Assembly (NCBI GenBank): GCA_003569365.1
Contig: BGOS01000009.1
Location: 6,580-70,579, forward strand
Direction: 5' to 3'
Source of the DNA: Anaerolineaceae bacterium
GTDB lineage: Bacteria; Chloroflexota; Anaerolineae; Anaerolineales; UBA11657
DNA: 64,000 bases
In this document: in pieces, positions 16,910-26,834 of the stretch
Position numbering within the stretch: the first letter of the stretch is position 1
Layout: each line of letters starts with the position of its first letter
The notes under the pieces: generated by a model
The model's input: the letters and a program-made list of their open reading frames with translations, nothing else
Database searches by the model: none
Told to the model about the DNA's origin: nothing
Translations under genes and position numbers: made by a program

Positions 16910-17944
16910 ATGCAGCTCGCTGACTTCCGGCCGCGCGCCGTGCTGGCAACCAAGGCCACGCGCGTGCTGCGTGCGCGCTTCCCGGTGGTGGATGCGCACA
17001 ACCATTTGGCTGAGCCGTTTGGCGGTGGCTGGGACAAGCGCCCGCTGGCTGCGCTGTTGGATGCATTGGACGAGGCCGGTGTCACCGCTTACGTGGACCT
17101 TGATGGCGGCTGGGGCACGGACATCCTGCACGCGCACCTCGATCATTTTAAGCAGGGCGCACCGCAGCGCTTCCAAATTTTTGGCGGGGTGGAGTGGGCG
17201 CAATGGCCCGCCCACGGCGACCGCTTTGGCGAGTGGGCGGCAGCGCAGCTGCGCCTGCAGGCTGCGCGCGGTGCGCAGGGCCTCAAAATCTGGAAGCCGC
17301 TGGGCTTGCATGTGCGCGACCAGCACAATGAACTTGTGAGCCCGGACGATGCGCGCCTGGATGCGCTGTGGGCGGCAGCCGGTGAGCTGCGCCTGCCGGT
17401 GATGGTGCACGTGGCGGACCCCGTGGCTTTCTTTGATCCGCTGGATGCAACCAATGAGCGGTGGGAAGAACTGCACGCGCATCCAGACTGGCAGTTTCCC
17501 GCGCCGCCATTCCCGCCCTTTCTTAATATTGTGAATGCGCTGGCGCGGGTTGTGGAGCGCCACCCGCAAACTACGTTTATTGGCGCGCATGTGGGCTGCT
17601 ATGCAGAGAACCTGGGCTGGGTGGCTGCCCTGCTGGCGCGCTGCCCGAACTTTTACATTGACTTCAGTGCGCGCATCGGCGAGCTGGGGCGCCAGCCCTA
17701 CAGTGCGCGGCGCTTCTTTGTGCAGCACGCAGACCGGATTTTATTTGGCACGGACCAGGGACCGGATGTGCCGGGTTATCAGCTGTACTACCGCTTTCTG
17801 GAAACTGATGACGAGTATTTTGACTATGGCACCGGCGCGGTGCCGGGCCAGGGGCGCTGGCAGGTGTACGGCCTGCATTTGCCGGATGACGTGCTGGAGA
17901 AAATTTACAACGGCAACGCGCGGCGGGTGCTGGGCCTGGGTTGA
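16910..17944 (+). CDS. metal-dependent amidohydrolase (TIM-barrel, amidohydrolase-2-like)
   Basis: 344 aa. FPVVDAHNHL metal-binding HxH, VMVHVADP, FIGAHVG, ILFGTDQG. Confidence 0.8.
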   Translation: MQLADFRPRAVLATKATRVLRARFPVVDAHNHLAEPFGGGWDKRPLAALLDALDEAGVTAYVDLDGGWGTDILHAHLDHFKQGAPQRFQIFGGVEWAQWPAHGDRFGEWAAAQLRLQAARGAQGLKIWKPLGLHVRDQHNELVSPDDARLDALWAAAGELRLPVMVHVADPVAFFDPLDATNERWEELHAHPDWQFPAPPFPPFLNIVNALARVVERHPQTTFIGAHVGCYAENLGWVAALLARCPNFYIDFSARIGELGRQPYSARRFFVQHADRILFGTDQGPDVPGYQLYYRFLETDDEYFDYGTGAVPGQGRWQVYGLHLPDDVLEKIYNGNARRVLGLG

Positions 17945-18013
17945 TGCGCCTGCCGTGTGCTGCAACCGCAGCTGGCTGAATGCTGGCTGCATGAACGCAC
18001 GCATAATACTGAC

Positions 18014-19237
18014 ATGAACACTGATCCACCACCCGGCGCAGCCGGCCAGCCGTTGCTGCAGGGCGTGCGCGTTATTGACCTGTCGCGGGTGCTGGCCGGG
18101 CCGTACTGCACACAGCTGCTGGGGGACTTGGGCGCGGATGTGATCAAGATTGAGCAGCCCGGGCGCGGCGATGACACGCGCCAGTGGGGCCCGCCCTACA
18201 CCGCCAGCGGCGAGGCCGCTTATTTTTTGAGCGCCAACCGCAACAAGCGCAGCCTCACGCTGAATCTGAAGCACGCGCGCGGGCTGGAGATTTTGCGCGC
18301 GCTCATCGGCCACGGGGATGTGCTGGTGGAAAACTTTAAAGCCGGCACGCTGGAAGAATGGGGGCTGGACTACGCCGCGCTGCAGCAGCTGCGCCCGGGA
18401 TTGATCTGCTGCAGCATTACCGGCTACGGGCAGACCGGCCCCTATGCAGCGCGCCCCGGCTATGACTTCATTGCGCAGGCGATGAGCGGCTTTATGAGCG
18501 TGACCGGCGCACCGGACGGCGAGCCGCAGCGCGCGGGTGTGGCGATTGCGGATCTTTCTGCCGGCTTGTTTGCGAGCAATGCAATTCTGGCAGCGCTGGT
18601 GGCGCGCGCCAACGGCGGCGGCGGGCAGCGCATAGATGTTGCGCTGCTGGACAGCCAGATTGCGCTGCTGTCTTATGTGATGAGCAACTTTCTGGTGTCC
18701 GGCCAGCTGCCGCAGCGCCAGGGCAATGCGCACCCGAACATTGTGCCGTACCAGGAGTTCAAGGCGCGCGACATTTTCTTTGCGTTCGCAGCCGGCAATG
18801 ACCTGCAATGGCAGAAGTTTTGCGCAGCTGCCGGGCGTGCAGCGTGGGCCGCGGATGAGCGCTTCGCAACCAACCCGGCGCGCGTGCAGCATCGCGCGGA
18901 GGTGGGGCGCATGCTAAGCGAGCTGTTTGCAACGCGGGACGCCGCCGAGTGGATTGCGCTGTGCGAGCAGGCGGGTATTCCGGCCGGGCCGATCAATACC
19001 CTGGAGCGCGTGTTTGCCGACCCGCAAGTGCAGGCGCGCGCCATGCGCGTGGATGTGCCGCACGCACTGGATGGCAGCGTGCCGCTGGTGGGCTCGCCGC
19101 TAAAAATACCAACGGCGCCGGTGCAGATGCGCCATGCGCCGCCGCCACTGGGCCATCACACGCAGGAAATTTTGGGCGAGCTGCTGGGCTTCACTGCAGC
19201 GCAGGTGGCGGAACTGCGCAGCGCCGGCGTGGTTTAA
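18014..19237 (+). CDS. CoA-transferase family III (CaiB/BaiF-like)
   Basis: Start ATG 18014 (MNTDPPPG...). LQGVRVIDLSRVLAGPYCTQLLGDLGADVIKIE, YFLSANRNKRS, GYDFIAQAMSG. Confidence 0.88.
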   Translation: MNTDPPPGAAGQPLLQGVRVIDLSRVLAGPYCTQLLGDLGADVIKIEQPGRGDDTRQWGPPYTASGEAAYFLSANRNKRSLTLNLKHARGLEILRALIGHGDVLVENFKAGTLEEWGLDYAALQQLRPGLICCSITGYGQTGPYAARPGYDFIAQAMSGFMSVTGAPDGEPQRAGVAIADLSAGLFASNAILAALVARANGGGGQRIDVALLDSQIALLSYVMSNFLVSGQLPQRQGNAHPNIVPYQEFKARDIFFAFAAGNDLQWQKFCAAAGRAAWAADERFATNPARVQHRAEVGRMLSELFATRDAAEWIALCEQAGIPAGPINTLERVFADPQVQARAMRVDVPHALDGSVPLVGSPLKIPTAPVQMRHAPPPLGHHTQEILGELLGFTAAQVAELRSAGVV

Positions 19238-19263
19238 GCAGCCGGCCGGGAGCAGGCTGCAAG

Positions 19264-21717
19264 TCAGGCGCGCAGGCGCGCGCCGTCCGGATCAAACAAC
19301 GGTTCAGCAGCAACGGTTGCGGGCAGCGCCGCGCCAAAATATTCAATCTCCACAGCACAACCGGGCACAGCCAGCGCAGCCGGCAGCAGTGCGTATGCCA
19401 CATTGCGCCCCACGCTGTAGCCGGAGTTTGCAGACGTGACGTAGCCAACGGGTTTGCCGGCGTGCAGCACCGGCTCGCGGCCCAGCACCACATCCCGGGC
19501 GTGGTTGAGCGTGAGGCATGCCAGCTTTTTATCGGGCGGCGTTTCGCGGCGTGCCAGCAGCGCAGCGCGCCCGCAAAAGTCGCCTTTCTTCCAGCGCACC
19601 ACATGCAGCAGGTCCACTTCAAACGGCGTGATGTTGGCGTCGGTGTCAAATGTGAGGCGGCGGTAGCCCTTCTCAATGCGCAGGCTGTCCATTGCGCCGG
19701 TGCCGGCGGCAATCAGGCCGTGCGCGCGGCCGGCTTCCCAAAGTGCGTCCCACACGTGCAGGCTGTACTCGGCTGGTGTGTATAGCTCCCAACCCAGCTC
19801 GCCCACATAAGAGACGCGCATGGCAAGGCATGGCGCCATGCCCACGGTTATGGGCTGCGCACTGTAGTACGGGAAGGCGCTGTTATCCAGCGCGGCATTC
19901 GTGGCGCCGGCCAGTACGGCGCGCGCCTGCGGCCCCCAAATGCCCAGTGCGCCGTAGGCCGATGTCACATCGCGGATGCGCACATCCAGATTGCGCGTGC
20001 GCGCGTGCAGGCGCAGCCAAGCCAGGTCGCGCGGGCCGGCCCCGGCGCCGCTCAACACGCGGAAGTGTTCCGGCGCCAGGCGCACCACAGTCATATCGGA
20101 CCGGATGCCGCCGTGCTGCTCGAGCAGCAGCGTGTACACCACGCGCCCCGGCGCGATGTCCATGTTGTTTGTGAACACCCACTGCAGCAGCGCAAGTGCA
20201 TCGCGTCCTTCAACTTCTATTTTGCAAAAGGTGGACATGTCAAAGAGCGCGGCGGCGCTGCGCGTGAGCAGGTGCTCGTGCGCCTGCACTGCCGACCAGT
20301 GCTGCGCGGCCCAGCCGCTGCGCAGCGGCAGGCTGCCGCTGCCGCCAACGCCCGCATTGGCGTTGCACCATGCGGCGCGCTCCCAGCCCGCCACCTCCAC
20401 AAAGTGCGCGCCTTGCGCGGCGAAGCGCGCGTGAAACGGCGTGTGGCGCAGCGCGCGCGGGCGCTTCATGGGCTCGGCCGGATGGTAGATGGTGTGCGTG
20501 TTGAGATAGGTTTCGTCGCCGCGCACGCGCACATACGGGCGCGTGAGGGCGTGCGGCTGAAAGCGGCTCACATCCGCCTCGCGCAGATCCAAGCTGGGCG
20601 CGCCGCAGTCCAGCCACTCTGCCAGAGCGCGCCCGGCGCCGGCTGCATGCGTGATCCAAAGCGCCTCAGCCAGCCACAAGCCCTGCACATCCGGGTGCGG
20701 CCCCATGATCGGCATCGAGTCCGGCGTGAAGCAAAACATCCCGTTGAAGCCGTCCACAATCGGCTTGCCGCGCAGCGCCGGCATCAACTCGCACAGCTGC
20801 GCGTGCGGCCCGGCAAAGTCCTGTGGCGTGAACGCATGCTTGGAGGGGTCAGCGGTTTCGCGGTGGCTGCGAATGGCATGCGGCTCCACCGGCAGTGGCG
20901 CGTGGTTGTAGCTGCCCACGCCAAAGAACTCGCGATGCTGGCGGCAGTACATCAGCAAATCATGAATGCGCGTGATCGGCAGGCCAATCTCAACGCCGTT
21001 GGCAGCCAGCTCCGGCACCGGCCCCAGCCGCACGTACTGGTGCTCCAGCGGCATCAACGGCACTTCCACCCCGGCCATGCGCCCCAGCAGCGGTCCCCAA
21101 ATTCCACCGGCCAGCACAACGGCTTCAGTGTTGATGCGGCCTTGATCAGTGATGATGGCGCGCACTTTGGCGCCGTTTACCTCGATTGCAGTGATGGTAG
21201 TCTGGCCGTGGAAGCTGGCAGCCCCGTGCAGGCTGGCTGCCGCTGCCATGGCGGCGCACGCCACCAGCGCGTTGCCTACGCCGGCACCGGGGTCAAACAG
21301 TCCGCCGTGCAGCTTGCCGGCATCCAGCAGCGGATTGCGCGCCTGGCACTCGCGCGCATCCAGCAAGTGCGCATCCAGCCCGAAGGCCTTGGCCCAGCCG
21401 GCGCGGCGCTGCAGTTCCTGCCAGCGGTCTGCCGTGCACGCCACTTCCAGCCCGCCCACCAGCACCGCGCCCTTTTGCTGCTCAAACTCCAGCTGCGCAT
21501 ACAGCGGCACACTGTAGCGCGCAAACTCCGCCAGCATGCGCGAGCTGCTGATGCGGCTCAGCCCGCCGGGCGCATGGCTGGTGGAGCCGCCGGTGTGAAA
21601 CAGCGGGCCCTGGTCCAGCACCACAATATCGCGCCAGCCGCTCAGCGCCAGATGGTAGGCCACGCTGCAGCCGGCAATGCCGGCTCCGATGACTACAACG
21701 CGTGCTTGGGACTGCAT
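19264..21717 (-). CDS. FAD-dependent oxidoreductase fused to an aminomethyltransferase (GcvT) fold: dimethylglycine/sarcosine dehydrogenase-like
   Basis: The 830-aa ORF begins with TTG at 21756. ATG 21717 (MQSQARVVVIGAGIAGCSVAYHLA) is the likelier start. N-terminal DAO-type FAD domain and a C-terminal GcvT-like domain (GRVVYTLLLEQHGGIRSDMTVVRL...). Confidence 0.85.
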   Translation of the reverse strand: MQSQARVVVIGAGIAGCSVAYHLALSGWRDIVVLDQGPLFHTGGSTSHAPGGLSRISSSRMLAEFARYSVPLYAQLEFEQQKGAVLVGGLEVACTADRWQELQRRAGWAKAFGLDAHLLDARECQARNPLLDAGKLHGGLFDPGAGVGNALVACAAMAAAASLHGAASFHGQTTITAIEVNGAKVRAIITDQGRINTEAVVLAGGIWGPLLGRMAGVEVPLMPLEHQYVRLGPVPELAANGVEIGLPITRIHDLLMYCRQHREFFGVGSYNHAPLPVEPHAIRSHRETADPSKHAFTPQDFAGPHAQLCELMPALRGKPIVDGFNGMFCFTPDSMPIMGPHPDVQGLWLAEALWITHAAGAGRALAEWLDCGAPSLDLREADVSRFQPHALTRPYVRVRGDETYLNTHTIYHPAEPMKRPRALRHTPFHARFAAQGAHFVEVAGWERAAWCNANAGVGGSGSLPLRSGWAAQHWSAVQAHEHLLTRSAAALFDMSTFCKIEVEGRDALALLQWVFTNNMDIAPGRVVYTLLLEQHGGIRSDMTVVRLAPEHFRVLSGAGAGPRDLAWLRLHARTRNLDVRIRDVTSAYGALGIWGPQARAVLAGATNAALDNSAFPYYSAQPITVGMAPCLAMRVSYVGELGWELYTPAEYSLHVWDALWEAGRAHGLIAAGTGAMDSLRIEKGYRRLTFDTDANITPFEVDLLHVVRWKKGDFCGRAALLARRETPPDKKLACLTLNHARDVVLGREPVLHAGKPVGYVTSANSGYSVGRNVAYALLPAALAVPGCAVEIEYFGAALPATVAAEPLFDPDGARLRA

Positions 21718-21899
21718 CAATAACTTGCCGAAAAATTTTGCGCGCGCAGTTTGCAACGGCGCGGCGCATTTACGGCACGCGCGATTTTACTGCAGGCGCC
21801 CGGCCGCTGCAGTGCGCCTGTGGCAAAGTGTTTGTGTTTCGCGGCGGCGGGTAGCGCGTAGATCTTGGCTATACTCCGTGCCACAGAGGCAATAATTTT

Positions 21900-22367
21900 A
21901 TGCGCAACCACAGCCGCCCGAAAAGACTGGATGAAATGGACGACCTGCGCGACATGGGCCGCTTTCCAGTTGTGGTTTATATGGGCGCGACAGGCAACAT
22001 CCTGTTTGCCATTTGCCTCACCTTTCTTGTGCATGCGCGCTATGCCCAAGCCTGGGTGATGCTGGCGTGGGCGGCGGGCGTGGCAGCCGGCAATGTGCTG
22101 CCCGTGGTGTTTTTGCGCTGGCGCATGCGGCCGGATGCGCATTACCCAATTATTGAAGAGATGGGTTTCTTTGGCGACCAGCACAAGTTTGCAACATGGG
22201 TATATGCAGTGGCCGTGGCCAATATGTTTTTCTGGATTGTGCTGGCGTGGACCGCATTTACTGTGAGCCGCGCACCGGTGATGTTGGCTGCGGTGCTGGC
22301 GTTAGCATTTGTGTGCACCTTCTTTCCGGCCTGGGTGCGCATCTTTGCGCGTCCTGCAGCGCACTAA
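21900..22367 (+). CDS. small integral membrane protein, unknown function
   Basis: 155 aa with about 4 hydrophobic segments and a normal composition. No family recognised. Confidence 0.55.
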   Translation: MRNHSRPKRLDEMDDLRDMGRFPVVVYMGATGNILFAICLTFLVHARYAQAWVMLAWAAGVAAGNVLPVVFLRWRMRPDAHYPIIEEMGFFGDQHKFATWVYAVAVANMFFWIVLAWTAFTVSRAPVMLAAVLALAFVCTFFPAWVRIFARPAAH

Positions 22368-22415
22368 ACCAATCCGCTAAAAAACAACTGTGGCGCGGTG
22401 GCGCGCACGCGCACA

Positions 22416-23951
22416 ATGAGCAACATGAAAACAGTCCCGGGCTTGCAATGGCTGCCAATTGGGTTGTATTTGTACCCTGTAATTGCGGGGTTTACCGTAA
22501 CGTCAGAAACCGCCACAGTTCTTGGGAAATACTCAACGTCGTGGTTTGTCTTGCACCTGGTCAATCTTTGCCTGTTCCCGGCTTTTTACTGGATTTCAAA
22601 GAAACAACACCTGTTTGGAAAATGCGCGGTACTACTGCTGATCTGCAGCATAACCGTCTTTACGCTGGCCAAAGTGCAGATGCGGGCATTGGCCGGCATT
22701 GAGTTGATATGGCCGCTCATCCGGCTGGCCGCTGGCTTTAGTTTATTTACAATTGGAGTTGAATTCTTTGAGGCAAACCGCAAGCACTCAATGCTGCCCG
22801 TGTTTTTAGTTTCAGTTGGATTAATTGCGGCTTCGGCGACTGATGTCGTCGCCTGGGGGGCTGCACGCTTTTCGAGCAAGCCTGCCTCAAAGAGCTCCGA
22901 GCGGGCGCCTGCGCTCCCATTTACGATTAATGACGAAGCATTGGGGTTAGCAAGCAATTCCGAAAACCAGACATCGGTCATTTCGGAAATTCCCGCTGCT
23001 GACGCGATAGAGCCAGCTCCGGTGATGGGCAGTACATTGGCGCCGGCAAACTTGGGAGTTCCCACCACAGACACAAAGCCCGCCAAAGCCAACACAAATG
23101 AAATTTCTGGTACGGTAACGCCAGTCACTGCGGCTACAACTGTGGCCAATGGCATTTCGCCTCAAGTGGTTCCTGGCTGCTACGTCCGATTAAATAGTGG
23201 TTTTCAGCTATACGCTAATTATGGTGACCCACGCCTCTTTGACCTTGCGGATATTTTGATAGTTGGAGACTCCGTTGTAGATGGTACAGGAGTAGTTGCT
23301 AAGGATACGTTTGCTTGCCAACTTGAAGTGATCTTGTCAGAGAGGAGTCCTCAAGCAACGGTGCATGTACTTTCTTTCCCGGGCGGATCTTTAAGTGCAT
23401 ACGCAAGTCTGCTTGAGCTGTTGCCGGACCCAGTGCGCCTTGAGCGGATTGTAGTTGGGTTCAACTACGACGATTTTCCGAGTGACCCATCGGCTTTCAC
23501 AATTAACAAGTTCGTACAGTTTTCCCTTGCGAAGGGAAGCTACACACAGCGTGCGTTAGCTCGGATGTTGATGGGCCTTTCTAGCCAGAACCCGGATCAG
23601 TTTTACGCGGACCAAATCAGAAATTATGATCGAAACAATCCGACCTTCCAGCGGCGGTGGGATGATGTTCGGGTTCAGCTCCTAAGACTTAGGGCGTTGG
23701 CCTCAAAACACAGCGCACAACCGCCGATCCTGATAATTTTTCCGCTTATGATTTCTTTTGAAAACTATCCGGTTGAAGAAGCCCAAGCAGCTTTGGCTGA
23801 GTTGGCGGTTCAAGTGGGCTTTCAACCCCTGAATGTTTTTTCAATTATGAAGGCGAAGCATCTGGATGGGCTGGAGAACCGTGAAGGCACTCATTTCAAT
23901 TCAATCGTGCATCACATTATTGCAGAGCAGCTCGCCCGCCAGCTAGATTGA
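22416..23951 (+). CDS. membrane-anchored SGNH/GDSL-like hydrolase
   Basis: ATG 22416 (the ORF track starts at GTG 22398). About 5 N-terminal TM segments, then a Pro/Ala/Thr linker. SGNH blocks: ILIVGDSVVDG (block I GDS), VVGFNYDDF (block III-like), NREGTHFNSIVHHIIAEQL (block V with E-x-x-H). The gene is visibly AT-richer (~47-48% GC in sampled 60-mers) than its surroundings. Confidence 0.7.
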   Translation: MSNMKTVPGLQWLPIGLYLYPVIAGFTVTSETATVLGKYSTSWFVLHLVNLCLFPAFYWISKKQHLFGKCAVLLLICSITVFTLAKVQMRALAGIELIWPLIRLAAGFSLFTIGVEFFEANRKHSMLPVFLVSVGLIAASATDVVAWGAARFSSKPASKSSERAPALPFTINDEALGLASNSENQTSVISEIPAADAIEPAPVMGSTLAPANLGVPTTDTKPAKANTNEISGTVTPVTAATTVANGISPQVVPGCYVRLNSGFQLYANYGDPRLFDLADILIVGDSVVDGTGVVAKDTFACQLEVILSERSPQATVHVLSFPGGSLSAYASLLELLPDPVRLERIVVGFNYDDFPSDPSAFTINKFVQFSLAKGSYTQRALARMLMGLSSQNPDQFYADQIRNYDRNNPTFQRRWDDVRVQLLRLRALASKHSAQPPILIIFPLMISFENYPVEEAQAALAELAVQVGFQPLNVFSIMKAKHLDGLENREGTHFNSIVHHIIAEQLARQLD

Positions 23952-24164
23952 GGCGACGCTAGGGAAAGACTGGCGACTTACCTGCTCAGGCGTGCTGGGT
24001 TGATGTGGGCGGCCGGACTATGCCTAAAATGGTTGTCTGCTGGAGCGTTTAATCTTGGCTTGCAACCTGCCGGAGTTAGAAGCCGAGCAATAAACCGTGC
24101 CGTAGAAATTGCGCGTGAGAAATCTCATGCAGCGGCCTCTGCAATGCGCGTAAACTTGTATGCC

Positions 24165-25007
24165 ATGCAATCTTCACCGCTTGAGTTGGCGCCTGCAGAT
24201 ACCAAGCGGCACTGGCTGGCTGCGCAGCTTGCCGAAATATTGCGTGACCGGCTTGTAATGGTGAGCATGGGCATTTGGGTACTGGTAATTGTTGCCACGC
24301 CGATTGCGCTCTGGACGATGGGGCAGCCCGGTTTGCTGGCAGCGCTGCAAGCCGGCGTACTTACGCAGGTGGTGACGGTGCTGCTGGTGCTGGTGCGCGC
24401 CGGCCTGTTGCGGCAGGCGCTGCTGGCGGGCGCGGCAGTGCCGTTGCTCGGCTGGCTTGTGGAAGTTGTTGGCCAGGCTAGCGGCTTTCCCTTTGGCTCC
24501 TACCAATACACGCCGCTGTTGCAGCCGCAGCTGGCGGGCGTGCCGGTACTGATCCCGCTGGCATGGCTGATGATGATGCCGCCGGCCTGGGCGATGGCGC
24601 TTGTGATTGCCGGCGCGCAGCCCGGCTGGCGCGCGCGCGTGCGGCGCGCTGCGGTGGCCGCGCTGGCGTTCACCGCCTGGGATTTATTTTTGGATCCGCA
24701 AATGGTGGCTTGGAATGCGTGGGTGTGGGCCGTGCCCGGCGTTTACTTTGGCATTCCGCTGCTTAACTTTGCGGGCTGGCTGCTGGTGGCGTTTTGTGTT
24801 TCGCTGCTGCTGGCACCGGGCTGGCTGCCGCTGGCACCGTTGATCATGATTTACGCCGTCACTTGCGTGCTGCAAACCATCGGCCAGCTTTTGTTTTGGC
24901 AGCTGGCTGGCCCGGGCGTGGCTGGGCTGGCAGGCATGGGCGGCATGCTGGCGTGGGCTTATGCGCGCCGCACCATAGTGCGCGTCGCCGAGCCCGCAGC
25001 AAATTAA
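24165..25007 (+). CDS. cruF: carotenoid biosynthesis membrane protein, CruF-like (carotenoid 1,2-hydratase family)
   Basis: Internal ATG 24165 (or 24144) of ORF 24000..25007 gives ~280 aa. Family signature: GQASGFPFGSYQYTPLL...GVPVLIPLAWLMMMPPAW...FTAWDLFLDPQMV...GIPLLNFAGW. Confidence 0.75.
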   Translation: MQSSPLELAPADTKRHWLAAQLAEILRDRLVMVSMGIWVLVIVATPIALWTMGQPGLLAALQAGVLTQVVTVLLVLVRAGLLRQALLAGAAVPLLGWLVEVVGQASGFPFGSYQYTPLLQPQLAGVPVLIPLAWLMMMPPAWAMALVIAGAQPGWRARVRRAAVAALAFTAWDLFLDPQMVAWNAWVWAVPGVYFGIPLLNFAGWLLVAFCVSLLLAPGWLPLAPLIMIYAVTCVLQTIGQLLFWQLAGPGVAGLAGMGGMLAWAYARRTIVRVAEPAAN

Positions 25008-25054
25008 ATTGTTCACTCCAACCAATCATCCGCAGCCGGGTGCCAGTGCTTGAA

Positions 25055-25672
25055 ATGTTGGTGATGCCGTCCTCGATTGGATTGCCCGCGCTGACCGTGT
25101 TTGCATTGCTCTGCGGGTCGCTGCCGCTTTCGCTGTGGGCGGGCCGCTGGCTGGCCGGGCGCGATGTGCGCGAGGCCGGCGACCACAATCCGGGCGCCAC
25201 CAATGCGCTGCGCGTGGGCGGTTGGCGCGTTGGCTTGGTTGCGTTCGCGCTTGATATTTCCAAAGGTGCGCTGCCGGTGGGGCTGGCGCAATATGTGTTT
25301 GCCTATAGCGGCCTGCCGTTGTTGCTGGTTGCGCTGGCCCCTTTGGTGGGCAGCGTGTACTCGCCATTCCTGCACTTTCGCGGCGGCAAGTCGCTGTCAG
25401 TGTCGTTGGGAATATGGATTGGATTGACGCTGTGGCGGGTGCCCTTCGTGGCGATCGTGGCGCTCTCGGGCGCTTACATCACGATGGACAATCCGGGGCT
25501 GGCAGTGCTGACCGCACTGCTGGCAATGGGCGCATACTTGGTGCTGGTGCAGCCGGACAGAGTGCTGCTGGTGGTGTGGGGCATTATGTGCATCCTGCTG
25601 CTGGCGAAGCACCGCGCAGATTTTGGGCGCAAGGTGGCGTTGCGCAGCTGGGTCAAGCGCTGGCTGTCCTGA
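25055..25672 (+). CDS. plsY: PlsY-family acyltransferase (glycerol-3-phosphate acyltransferase-like)
   Basis: ATG 25055 inside ORF 24794..25672, about 205 aa. GDHNPGATNALRVGGWRVGLVAFALDISKGALPV...SPFLHFRGGKSLSVSLG matches the PlsY signature. Confidence 0.8.
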   Translation: MLVMPSSIGLPALTVFALLCGSLPLSLWAGRWLAGRDVREAGDHNPGATNALRVGGWRVGLVAFALDISKGALPVGLAQYVFAYSGLPLLLVALAPLVGSVYSPFLHFRGGKSLSVSLGIWIGLTLWRVPFVAIVALSGAYITMDNPGLAVLTALLAMGAYLVLVQPDRVLLVVWGIMCILLLAKHRADFGRKVALRSWVKRWLS

Positions 25673-25676
25673 CGCC

Positions 25677-26834
25677 ATGCTGGCTGCTTTCAATGTACTG
25701 GTGGCGATTGTTGCCGTGGCGTTGCTTGTGTTTGGGCTCACAGCTTTGTTGAATGTGTTTACATTTCCGCGCCTCAGCGGCGTGGCTGCGCCTGCGCCGG
25801 ATGCCGCTGCCGGCGCCGGGCTCGGGCGCATTTCGGTCTGCATTCCCATGCGCAATGAAGTGGACGGCATCGCCCGCACGATACGCGCCTGGCGTGCGCA
25901 ATCGCATTCAAACTTCGAGCTGCTGCTGCTCGACGACGAATCAACTGATGGCACGCACGCCGCAGCGCACGCAGCGGCTGCCGGCGATGCCCGCGTGCGC
26001 GTGCTGGCCGGGCTGCCGTTGCCGGCCGGCTGGCTGGGAAAAAACTGGGCCTGCCAGCAGCTGGCGGATGCCGCACAGGGCAACATACTGGTCTTCACAG
26101 ATGCAGATGTAACCTGGGAGCCGCTGGCACTTGCGGCGCTTGCCACTGCAATGCAAGCACTGAACGCTGACTTGCTCACGGTGTGGCCAACGCAGCAAAC
26201 GGACACCTGGGCGGAGCGCCTGCTGGTGCCATTGATGGCGCTGGCCGTGCTGGCCTATCTGCCGCTGCTGGCCGTGCATTATCTGCCGTGGCCGGTGTTT
26301 GCGGCTGCCAACGGCCAGTGCCTTGCATTCCGGCGCAGTGCCTACTTGCGCAGCGGCGGGCATGCAGCCGTGCGCGCCAACATTGTGGAAGACATGGCCT
26401 TTGCATACGCCATCAAGCGCAACCGCCTGCAGCTGCGCATGGCGGACGGCAATGGCCTGGTGCGCGCGCGCATGTACACGGATTGGAGTAGCGTGCGCGA
26501 TGGCTTTGCAAAAAACATTCGTGCCGGGCATGGCGGCACCGCGGCACTGCTGCTCTCCACGCTGCTGCACTGCGCGGTGTTTGTGCTGCCGGCGGCTTGG
26601 CTGCTGCTGGGCTGGCTGGCGCCGCTGCCTGGCTATCCGCTGCTGGCGCTGCTGCTCAGCGCGCTGGGCATTGGCGTGCGCGCGCTGACGGCTGCATTTT
26701 CGCGCCAGCGCGTTTGGGATGCACTGCTGATGCCGGTGTCTGCGCTGCTGATGACGGTGGTAGCACTGCGCGCATTGCAATGGCACTGGCGCGGCGGCGC
26801 AAGTTGGAAAGGGCGCACGTATGCCGGCGCCTGA
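25677..26834 (+). CDS. family-2 glycosyltransferase (carotenoid glycosyltransferase CruC/CrtQ-like by context)
   Basis: ATG 25677, 4 nt after the plsY-family stop. ISVCIPMRNEVDGIARTIRAWRAQSHSNFELLLLDDESTDGT, LVFTDADV. N- and C-terminal TM segments. Confidence 0.8.
   Translation: MLAAFNVLVAIVAVALLVFGLTALLNVFTFPRLSGVAAPAPDAAAGAGLGRISVCIPMRNEVDGIARTIRAWRAQSHSNFELLLLDDESTDGTHAAAHAAAAGDARVRVLAGLPLPAGWLGKNWACQQLADAAQGNILVFTDADVTWEPLALAALATAMQALNADLLTVWPTQQTDTWAERLLVPLMALAVLAYLPLLAVHYLPWPVFAAANGQCLAFRRSAYLRSGGHAAVRANIVEDMAFAYAIKRNRLQLRMADGNGLVRARMYTDWSSVRDGFAKNIRAGHGGTAALLLSTLLHCAVFVLPAAWLLLGWLAPLPGYPLLALLLSALGIGVRALTAAFSRQRVWDALLMPVSALLMTVVALRALQWHWRGGASWKGRTYAGA

Noticed and set aside
20005-21723. 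572-aa + strand ORF opposite the dimethylglycine/sarcosine dehydrogenase-like gene
   Set aside because: It is an R/A/H/Q-rich antisense shadow. The minus-strand protein has clear FAD and GcvT-fold motifs.
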